Assembly: GCA_016195465.1 (NCBI GenBank) | Contig: JACPZO010000042.1 | Span: forward strand, 1-50,884 | Source: Nitrospirota bacterium | GTDB lineage: Bacteria > Nitrospirota > RBG-16-64-22 | Direction of reading: 5' to 3' | DNA: 50,884 nt | Part shown: positions 17,127 through 25,000 of the stretch, piece by piece | Position numbering within the stretch: the stretch's first letter is position 1 | Layout of the letters: each line of letters begins with the position of its first letter | Notes under the pieces: generated by a model | The model's input: only the letters and a program-made list of their open reading frames with translations | The model's database searches: none | Told to the model about the DNA's origin: nothing | Program-made: the position numbers and the translations under genes

Positions 17127-18167
17127 ATGAAGACCGTTTCGGTGGCGGAGGCGATCGGGCACGTTCTGGCCCACGACATCACGGAGATCAAGCCGGGCGT
17201 CTGCAAGGAACGGGCGTTCCGGAAAGGGCACGTCGTCAGGCGGGAAGACGTGGAGAGGCTGAGGGACTTGGGAAAGGAGCATCTCTTCGTCCTGGAGATT
17301 CCGCCCGGTCATCTCCACGAAGACGACGCCGTGCATATCCTCGCCGACGCTCTCCATGGCCCCGGCGTGGAGCCGGCGGGCGAGCCGCGCGAGGGGAAGA
17401 TCAATCTGAAGGCTTCCTGGGCCGGGATCCTCCGCGTCGACCGCGAGGCCCTCTTCCGCTTCAACCTCCTGGGAGACGTCATGTGCGCGACGATTGCCGG
17501 CGATCGGTACGTGCCGGCCGGGAAGGTCGTGGCCGGCACCCGGGCCGTCCCCCTTACGATCCCAAAGTCGCGGGTGGAGGAGGCCGTGGCCGTCGCCCGG
17601 GAGGCGGGCGGGATCGTGGCCGTGCATCCCATGCGGGAAGCGAGAATCGGCGTCGTTGTCACGGGGAACGAAGTCCACTCGGGCCGGATCAAGGACGCCT
17701 TTGCGCCGCTCATCCGGGAGAAGGCCGAGGCGCTTTCGTGCGAAGTGGCCTCCGTTGCCACGGCGCCGGATGACGCCGATACGATCGCCCATGAAATCCG
17801 GAGAGCGATCGACGGAGGAGCCGATCTCCTCGTCACCTCGGGCGGAATGAGCGTGGACCCGGACGACGTGACGCGGGAGGGAATCCGCCGGGCCGGCGCC
17901 CGGGAGATCGTTCACGGCGCGGCGATCCTTCCGGGGTCCGTTTTCGCCATCGCCTACTTCCCCGGTTCGAACGGGACGGAGATCCCGCTCCTCGGGATCC
18001 CCGCCTGCGGGATCTACCACAAGGTGACCGTCTTCGACGTGATCCTGCCGCGCGTCCTCGCCGGCGAGCGGATCGGCCGGGAGCAGCTCGCCGCCCTGGG
18101 CCACGGCGGCCTCTGCGAGGACTGCTCCCCCTGCATCTTCCCCGCATGCCCGTATGGGAAGGGGTAA
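17127..18167 (+). CDS. Molybdopterin-binding (MoeA-like / MoCF-biosynthesis domain) protein
   Basis: 346 aa. 'IGVVVTGNEV', 'DLLVTSGGMSVDPDDVT', C-terminal Cys-rich 'CEDCSPCIFPACPYG'. The ATG overlaps the TGA of the 57-codon leader ORF (ATGA). Confidence 0.8.
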   Translation: MKTVSVAEAIGHVLAHDITEIKPGVCKERAFRKGHVVRREDVERLRDLGKEHLFVLEIPPGHLHEDDAVHILADALHGPGVEPAGEPREGKINLKASWAGILRVDREALFRFNLLGDVMCATIAGDRYVPAGKVVAGTRAVPLTIPKSRVEEAVAVAREAGGIVAVHPMREARIGVVVTGNEVHSGRIKDAFAPLIREKAEALSCEVASVATAPDDADTIAHEIRRAIDGGADLLVTSGGMSVDPDDVTREGIRRAGAREIVHGAAILPGSVFAIAYFPGSNGTEIPLLGIPACGIYHKVTVFDVILPRVLAGERIGREQLAALGHGGLCEDCSPCIFPACPYGKG

Positions 18168-18197
18168 GTCAGCCACGCCTGGATTGCCCGCTGGCCC

Positions 18198-18224
18198 TTG
18201 ACACCCCTCCGTCCCGCCTACAAT
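18198..18224 (+). promoter_or_regulatory. Sigma-70 promoter candidate TTGACA-15 nt-TACAAT
   Basis: Perfect -35 at 18198-18203 and TACAAT at 18219-18224, with a short 15-nt spacer. It points into the gene-free repeat region. Confidence 0.4.
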
Positions 18225-18327
18225 CGCGGCCCGTTTGCGCTATATTCTTCTCACTCCCCCCGCAGGTTCCGACAACCCCGATCCGATCGGGGAGGCCGCA
18301 CACCGGGAGCTCTCCATGCACCCGATA

Positions 18328-18444
18328 GACGGGCCGACGGGGACGTTGCTAGGACGGGCCGACGGGGACGTTGCTAGTTTTGCTAAGTTATTCGCCAGGA
18401 CGGGCCGACGGGGACGTTGCTAGTTTTGCTAAGTTATTCGCCAG
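18328..18444 (+). repeat. Tandem repeat: 25-nt core GACGGGCCGACGGGGACGTTGCTAG x3, the last two as exact 46-nt units
   Basis: Cores at 18328-18352, 18353-18377 and 18399-18423. An identical 21-nt TTTTGCTAAGTTATTCGCCAG follows cores 2 and 3. Confidence 0.95.
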
Positions 18445-18466
18445 GACTTTGTGGGAGATGTCTCCG

Positions 18467-18797
18467 GCGTCGCATTTTGGGGGCCGCACCGGCGAGGAGT
18501 GTGGGCTTTCGACCGCATGGCCGAGGAAAAGGACGCGATCACGGTTCCGCGAGAGCCTGCGTGGACTCCGCAAAGGCAGGGCGTAGTTTTGAGAGAGGGG
18601 TTGTAACCGCATCGTTCCTGACTCCTGGAGGGGATGGAGCCTCACAGACTGTCTGGATGGATTTCGCGAGAAGCTACCAGAAACCCCCGTTTCGGTCAAT
18701 GCGCGTGGCGGAATCATGTCCGGCGTTCGCCCCCGCTCCCTTCGGAGTCCCAGGTTCCGCCTCCCTTCTACCACACGCGTGTGACAGATGGGGTCAC
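18467..18797 (+). repeat. 331-nt non-coding paralogue, copy A
   Basis: Aligns without gaps to 19522-19852 (44 mismatches by hand count). Confidence 0.9.
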
Positions 18798-18898
18798 TCG
18801 TTCCGGCCATTCCCCCCCTCACCCTTCCCCTCTCCCCAGTCAATATACTCGAAGGGCCGAGGGGGGACGCTGGCGGGGGGAAACGAATGATGCCGCTG

Positions 18899-19144
18899 TC
18901 AGGCGCGGTCCTTGGCCACCAAGTGCATGTCCGCCTTGACCGGAAGCTCGAACAGCTCTCTTCGCAGGAGGCGCATCGAGAAGAAAAGCACCTCCAGGTT
19001 TTCAACTTCACCTGTATGCGGATTGAGTCGCGCTATGACTTCATCTCCCAGTTCCTCCGACTCCTGCTCCGCATAAGGTGTACACTTATCAATATGAAGG
19101 ATGTCTGCGTCCCGGTCGTAGATGAACCTCAGGTTCGGTTCCAT
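18899..19144 (-). CDS. DUF2283-like small protein (putative antitoxin-type partner)
   Basis: 81 aa. 'IYDRDADILHI' resembles the YuzE/DUF2283 'YD.eaD.LYI' signature. It overlaps the upstream gene by 16 nt. Confidence 0.65.
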   Translation of the reverse strand: MEPNLRFIYDRDADILHIDKCTPYAEQESEELGDEVIARLNPHTGEVENLEVLFFSMRLLRRELFELPVKADMHLVAKDRA

Positions 19145-19455
19145 TCGACTTCTCCTTCCGCCAGCCTTCTGGCAATGTAGGCCGTGAAGATCCAGTGGCG
19201 GCCTTTTGGGCTGGGTTCGCTCACCACCACGACCACCACATGCTTGCCGCCCCGCAGATCATTATACCACCGAGAAAATAACGTGGCGCCGGCGAATCGA
19301 GCGGACCTGCGAACCTGATCAGGGTCCAAAAGCGTTTCAGCGATTCGCCCCCGGTACGGCGGGAGCAAATCCGGATGACGTTCGGCAATGTGACGCTCCC
19401 GCTCCTCTGTAAGCTCGATCTCGCCTTTCAGGTAGGGGCAAGCAAACACCGTCAT
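19129..19455 (-). CDS. Small hypothetical protein, putative toxin-type partner of the DUF2283-like gene
   Basis: Start taken at ATG 19455 ('MTVFACPYLKGEIELTEERERHIAERHPDL'). The 25-codon upstream extension lies in the repeat element. Family not recognised with certainty. Confidence 0.55.
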   Translation of the reverse strand: MTVFACPYLKGEIELTEERERHIAERHPDLLPPYRGRIAETLLDPDQVRRSARFAGATLFSRWYNDLRGGKHVVVVVVSEPSPKGRHWIFTAYIARRLAEGEVEWNRT

Positions 19456-19521
19456 CTCCGCCCGGGGGACGTGGATATTGCTGGTCTTGGTAATTGGGCC
19501 GATCTTGCGGGGCTGTTTCCT

Positions 19522-19852
19522 GCGTCGCATTCCGAGGGACGATGTGACGAGGATTCAGGGCCTTCGACCGCATGGCCGAGGGAAAGGACGCGATCGCGGT
19601 TCCGCGAGAGCCTGCATGGACCCCGCGAAGGCAGGTCGTAGGTCTGAGAGAGGGGTTGCAACCGCATCGTTCCTGACTCCTGGGGGGGATGGAGCCTGAG
19701 AGACTGCCTGGACAGCTTCAAGGAAAAGCTACCAGAAACCCGCATTTCGGTCAATGCGCGTGGCGTAATCATGTCTGGCGTTCGCTCCCGCTCCCTTCGG
19801 AGTCCCCGATTCCGCCATCCTTCTGCCACACGCGTGTGACAGATGGGGTCAC
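19522..19852 (+). repeat. 331-nt non-coding paralogue, copy B
   Basis: See copy A. Homology to the 46-nt unit plus linker continues leftwards to about 19456, directly abutting the ATG at 19455. Confidence 0.9.
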
Positions 19853-19873
19853 GGGTGTTCTTCCCTCACTCTG

Positions 19874-19910
19874 GCCCTCACCCTGACCCTCTCCCCGGCG
19901 GGGCGAGGGG
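19874..19910 (+). repeat. REP-like GC palindrome (same family as 13601-13640)
   Basis: GCCCTCACCCTGACCCTCTCCCCGGCGGGGCGAGGGG. A degenerate relative sits at 18812-18838 after copy A. Confidence 0.7.
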
Positions 19911-20095
19911 AAGAGGCGAATGGCTCCCTCGACGATGGGGGCGGGGCGGCAACGCGGGCGTTTTCTCCTCTACCTGGGCGCTCCCCCCCGCCCGTACCGG
20001 CGGACGATCTCTTTGCGCCGGGCGGAGATCGGCGAGTAGTTTTGGCGCTTGTCCAACAGCCGAACTCGGCGCGGGTTTGAGACCTGCCCGCGGTC

Positions 20096-21817
20096 CTACG
20101 AACCGCCTTCCTCGCCGCTCGTAGAGAGCGGCCGGGGCGGGGCGAACTTTCCCGCCAGATCGGCGGCTTCTTCCCTGGCGTGGCCGATCTTCTCCTTGAT
20201 CAGTATCTCCTCTTCGTGCGCCTTGTCCTGGACCCGGCGAAAGGCGCGGCGGACGGAGCGTTCCCCGCGGATCGCCCGGGCGTTTGCCTTGACGAACGCG
20301 GCCGCCGTCCCCGCGAGGCCCGCGTGCGGTTCGGGGACCATGGCGCCGAACCGGTCCGGGTGGGCCGCCGCGTAGGCGGCGAACTCCTCCCGCGCAATCC
20401 CCTCTTCCGAAAGAACCCGATCGAACTCCTCCCTCGCCTTCTGCCGCGCTTCGAACAGCTTCATCTGTATCCGGCTCCGGACGTTCACTTCCGCGTCGCC
20501 GGAGGTCTCGATCGGGATGAAGATCGAATCGGGGTAGTCGGAGATGACCTTGCTCTGGACGCCGTCGCTCTGCGTCGAGGGCATACAGCCGAACGGCTTG
20601 ACGGAGACGACCATGTGGGCCTTCTTGTGCTTGACGGCCGCGATGTGTTTGGCTACCTCCAGGTGCCCTTCGCCCCCGGAGAGGCGGGGATCGTAGTAGG
20701 GGCGGGCGTAGGCCGCGAGCTTCCGCTGAGAAGGGAGCGGCGAGGGCTTTCCGCCCAGGGCCCGGCGGTAGACGAAGTAGTGCCAGTGGAAAAGGATTTT
20801 CGCGTAGTGGAGGAGGAGTATCGTTCGGAGCCCAGGACTGCCGGGCAGGCCGCGCCGAAGCCCGATCTTCGTGAGCCCCTCGAAGATCATGTAGTCGATC
20901 CACGCCGAGACGGGCTGGACAACCGCTTCGGCGCCTTCGGACTCAAGCCATCGGTGGAGGCGGTACGAACCGTCTCCCTCGGTCGTCATCGCCCAGAACT
21001 CGCCGATGATCGCCACCCGCGGCTTCACGCGCGTGTAATCGACGCGAACGCTTGAGAAGAACGCCCCGGCTTCGCGGAGGGCGTGCCGGAGCGGACGCCC
21101 GTCGCGGAGCGCCTCGCCGGCGAGCTGTTTCGCGCGGTCGAGCGCCCGGTCGGTGTCGTCCGGGCTGACCTCGTAGGGCCGGATCTTGTATCCGAGGTCG
21201 TTCAGAAGGTCGCCCGCGATGACCGCGCGGATGAGAAGGACGAAGAACTCCTTGTTCAGAACGAGTCCGGCCTCTTCCCCCGTCTGCGAGAGCCCTTCAT
21301 TCTGCTGGAACAGGATGACGCGGAAGTGGGGAAATCCGGAATCCGCGAGGGCCTTTCGATACTCGGCCTCGTACATGCCGAAGCGGCAGGGCCCGCACCC
21401 CCCGGCGGTGAGAAAGACGTATCGGTCCTCGATGTCCGTCTCGCCCGCCGCCCGGAGCCGCTTCAAGTGCTTCACGAGGTTCCCCACCGTGTAATAGGTG
21501 GGATTGCACATCCCCCGGTTGCCGAACTCCTTTCCGACGGCGAGCGACTCGTTGTCCGGGCATGGAAGCGGTTCGAGGCGGTAGCCAAGCCTGTCCATGG
21601 CGATCCGCACGATCTCCTCGTGCGCGAGCGTCAAGCCGCCGAAGAGAATCGTCGTGTGCGCCCTCTGCGACGCCGTGAACGGCCGCTCGGCGGGCCGCCG
21701 GAAATGCGCCGCGGCCCTCGACCCAAGGCCCATCTCCGCCCGGAGGCGCGCCTCGTACGCCCGCACGTCCTCTTCGACCTCGGCGAGGGGCGGTTTCGTC
21801 GATGATGAAGCCATCAC
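20096..21817 (-). CDS. 2-hydroxyacyl-CoA dehydratase / activase-associated (DUF2229-like) family protein
   Basis: 573 aa. 'GNRGMCNPTYYTVGNL' and 'TAGGCGPCRFGMYEAEYRKAL' are motifs typical of the uncharacterised partner domains of BcrAD/BadFG activases. Confidence 0.75.
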   Translation of the reverse strand: MMASSSTKPPLAEVEEDVRAYEARLRAEMGLGSRAAAHFRRPAERPFTASQRAHTTILFGGLTLAHEEIVRIAMDRLGYRLEPLPCPDNESLAVGKEFGNRGMCNPTYYTVGNLVKHLKRLRAAGETDIEDRYVFLTAGGCGPCRFGMYEAEYRKALADSGFPHFRVILFQQNEGLSQTGEEAGLVLNKEFFVLLIRAVIAGDLLNDLGYKIRPYEVSPDDTDRALDRAKQLAGEALRDGRPLRHALREAGAFFSSVRVDYTRVKPRVAIIGEFWAMTTEGDGSYRLHRWLESEGAEAVVQPVSAWIDYMIFEGLTKIGLRRGLPGSPGLRTILLLHYAKILFHWHYFVYRRALGGKPSPLPSQRKLAAYARPYYDPRLSGGEGHLEVAKHIAAVKHKKAHMVVSVKPFGCMPSTQSDGVQSKVISDYPDSIFIPIETSGDAEVNVRSRIQMKLFEARQKAREEFDRVLSEEGIAREEFAAYAAAHPDRFGAMVPEPHAGLAGTAAAFVKANARAIRGERSVRRAFRRVQDKAHEEEILIKEKIGHAREEAADLAGKFAPPRPLSTSGEEGGS

Positions 21818-21869
21818 GCGCTCCTTTCATTGCAACGGCGGCCCGCCCCGGAGGGCTCGACCGCCGGCT

Positions 21870-22015
21870 GGCAGGGTGTTGAAAAACACCCTGCCAGGCA
21901 ATCCATGGATGGATTGCCAAATTGCGAGACTTTCCAAGTCTCGCAATTTGTAAGACTTGGACGAATTCACTTCGGCCAAGTCGCGGTTGAAAAAGCCATG
22001 GATGGCCTTTTTCGA
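21870..22015 (+). repeat. Multi-hairpin dispersed element, copy 2 (divergent)
   Basis: Five back-to-back hairpins: 21870-21895 (11 bp, GAAA loop), 21897-21918 (9 bp), 21919-21949 (13 bp), 21954-21982, 21987-22015. Confidence 0.8.
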
Positions 22016-22022
22016 CCTCCTA

Positions 22023-25000
22023 TTAGAGCATCTCGATCTCTTTCAGGTCGTTCTCCGTGAGGAAGAGAGAGGAGAATCGCTCGGCCCGGTACGCCCGCAC
22101 CCGCTCCTCCAGTTCCGCTTCGAGCGATTTCCCCCGCCGGAGGCCCTCTTCGTAACGGCGCAGGAAGTAGTCGATCGTCTCGATGCGGATCTTGATCGAG
22201 CCGGCCGGCCGGTTCTCGTCGATGTCGTGGAAGGCGAAATAGGGCGTCGCCGTCGCTTCGAGGATCGACTCGACGACGTCGTAGATCGGGGCGTCGTGGC
22301 CGCACTTGAAGTTCGAGAGGTCGACGGCAGCCAGGTTCGGGTGCCGGGCCGTGAACTTGGCGGCCCAGATCTTCCACGAGGAGTTGGCGCTGTAGGCGTT
22401 CTTCCAGACGTCGGTGATGTCCATCGGACCCTCGATCGCGCCCGCCTCGACCTCCCCGCCGAAGAGGCGGCCGAGCAGGTCCGCGTCCGTCGGGAGAGAG
22501 TCCATCGTGAAGACCGGGTAACCGCGCTTCTGGATCTCGACAAGGATCTCGTGGTTGAGTCCGGGATCGTTGTGATAGGGGCGCCCCAGGAGGACGACGC
22601 CCACGCGCCCTTCCGCCTCGAGACGGTCGAGGAGGGCGCGCGCCGGGGCCCGCTGGATCTCGTTCGCGAAGCGGTCCATCGCCCGCCACCCCGCTTCCAT
22701 GGCGGCCGCGTGCTCCTTCCGGGAGAGGCGAAGGACCGGGCGCCAGAACTCCCACATCTCCCGGTCCAGGAGGGCCGGCTCGCCCATGTGCATGATCGGA
22801 TCGGCGAACCGGATCCCCTTTTCGGCGAAGAGGTCTCCTTCCTTCGTGAACGCCGCCTTGACGACGCTCGGCGTGGCCGAGACCGTGGGGCAGGCCTGGC
22901 CGGCGATCGTGTTCGTCAGGGGCGACTGGAGGTTGATGAGCGCGGGGAAGAAGATGAGGTCGAGCCCCTTCCCTTTCTTTCCGGATGACTGGATGAGCTG
23001 GTGGACATGGGAGATGACCGCCTTCGAGGGGAAGCACTGGTCGATCGAGCCCCGGCGCGAACCCTCTTTGTACATCTTGTTGTCCGTCTCCGTCGAAAAG
23101 ACGATGTTCCGGAAAGGGACGCCGGCCGATTCCAGGTAGCCGACGAAGAACGGCGCCGTGGAATAGAAGTTGAGGACGCGCGGGATGCCGATTCGGATCT
23201 TTTCCCGCCGGGCTCGGGCGGAGGGGAGGGAAAGCCACCGGGCCGTTCCCCGCGACGGGCGGGCGGAGGCCGCCGGATCGCCCGCCTCTTCTTTCTTCCG
23301 GACGGCCGTGCTCCGGAAGGCGGCGTCCCCGGCGATCTCGACGAGGTTCGGATTTTCTTTCTTGATCCGGTCGAACCGGCCCTTGACCTTCCGGAGATCG
23401 TCGAGCGACTCGACCATCCCCTTCTCGCACGTCGCGATGATGAAGCGCCGGGCGTCGCCCTCCGGCGGCTTCGTGTCGACGAACGTCCGGAGGCAGTCGT
23501 TCTTGCAGAAGTTGCACCGGGTCGACTCGTCGCGCGTCGTCGTGAAGGAGAGAAGCGCGGCCGCCTCGATCCCGACGAAAGCAGTCCGGCCGTGGGGAAC
23601 GACCCGGCGCGCCTCCAGGGCGGCGCCGATCGCGCCGCTCTCACCCGTGTGGGGGTGAACGAGGATGCGGGCGCCGGGGACCTTCGTCCGGATGAAATCG
23701 GCCTGCGCCTTCACGGCGGCCAGGTTGTGCTGGGTCCCGCCCTGGAGGACGAACGTCCTGCCGAGCTTCGCCAGGTTCGGCTCCTGGACGACGTAGAGCC
23801 AGATGTTCTTCGGCAGGACCCGGGCCATCCCCGCCAGGATCTCCTCCTTCTCCCAGCCGAGTTGTTGGAAGTTCACGATGTCCGATTCGAGGAAAACGGC
23901 GCATCCGTAGGAGAAGACCGGAAGACGCTCGGCCCGGAATGCGGCGTCCGCGAAATCGGCGACGGCGTACCCGAACTTCTCCGCCGTGGCCTGGAGGAAG
24001 TAGCCGTTCCCGGCGGAACACTGCGTATTGAGCCGGAAGTCCTTGACCGCGCCGTGCTTGAGGAAGATGACCTTGATGTCCTGACCGCCCACGTCAACGA
24101 TCACGTCGGCTTCGGGATGGTAGTGGAGGGCCGACTGGGTGTGAGCCACCGTTTCTACGATGGCGACGTCGGCCAGGAGCGTCTCCTTGAGCATGTCCTT
24201 GGCGTATCCCGTCGTCCCCACGCCGCGGATCGCGAGGGAGGCCCCCTGCGACTTGACCTGCTCGTCCAGTTCGCGGAGGATCTCACGCGTGTCGTCCAGC
24301 GGGTTGCCGGCGGAGAGGCGGTAGGACTTGGCCAGGATCGTTCCGTCGGGAGCCATGAGGACCGCCTTCGTCGACGTCGACCCGCCGTCGATCCCGAGAT
24401 AGGCTTCGACCCGCTCTCCCGGCGAGAACCGCGCCGGCGTGAAGGACGGGACCCCGAACGCGCGCCGGAGGGATTCCAGGCCTTCGCTTTCAGCCAGAAG
24501 CCCGGGCTCGCCCATCGCGGCGCGCATCGCCTTCCGCCCCCCGTCGACGAACCTCGCGAGATCGGCCCGTCCCTTGTAAATCCCGACGCCGGCTTCCTCT
24601 TCCTTGCCGTAGAGGACGGCGCCGAGCGCGCCGAAGAACTGGGCGTTCTCGGGGACGACGATGAGGTCGGCGGGATCGACTCCCTCGGGCAGAGGGGTCT
24701 TGCGCTCGGCCCAGAGCCGGGGGATGTTCGTCCGCCAGGCGTCGCGCATCGCGGGGATGAACGTGTTCGGCCCGCCCAGGAGGAGGACCCTGGGGCGGAG
24801 CGTGTTCCCGCGCGTGAGGACGGAGAGGTTCTGCTGGACGATCGCCTCGAAGAGGGAGGCCATCAGCTCCGGCGCGGGGACGCCCTGCTTCTGGAGGCCG
24901 TTGATATCCGTCTCGGCGAAGACGCCGCACTTGCCGGCCACGGGATGGAGCTTCTGGTCGGCGAAGGAGAGCGTCCCGAGCGTCTCTGGATCGAGTTTGA

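Noticed and set aside
16939-17130. 63-aa ORF as an independent protein-coding gene
   Set aside because: It lies entirely within the riboswitch expression platform and contains the terminator hairpin. I treat the ATG 16957 version only as a possible regulatory leader ORF (see finding), not as a protein gene.
18328-18444. Possible CRISPR array (three 25-nt direct repeats)
   Set aside because: The first two repeats are contiguous, and the two 21-nt 'spacers' are identical to each other, so this is a tandem duplication of a 46-nt unit. There are no cas genes and no further repeats.
18467-18797. Known large RNA (RNase P RNA, tmRNA, group II intron domains, hammerhead)
   Set aside because: I could not find the conserved cores (GAGGAAAGUCC / ACAGAACCCGGCUUA, tRNA-like tmRNA ends, CUGANGA...GAAA, domain V). 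Absence by eye is not proof, so a cmsearch is still recommended.
18388-19829. Minus-strand ORFs 18388..19011 (207 aa) and 19452..19829 (125 aa) running through repeat copies A and B as real, duplicated protein genes
   Set aside because: Arg/Ser/Pro-rich composition is typical of wrong-frame translation of GC-rich DNA. Nucleotide differences between the copies are spread about evenly over codon phases (13/11/8), and nearly every one changes the amino acid. The ATGA junction with the downstream gene is noted but insufficient.
18467-19852. Diversity-generating retroelement template/variable repeat pair
   Set aside because: Mismatches are mostly transitions at all four bases, not adenine-specific. 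No reverse transcriptase or target gene is present.
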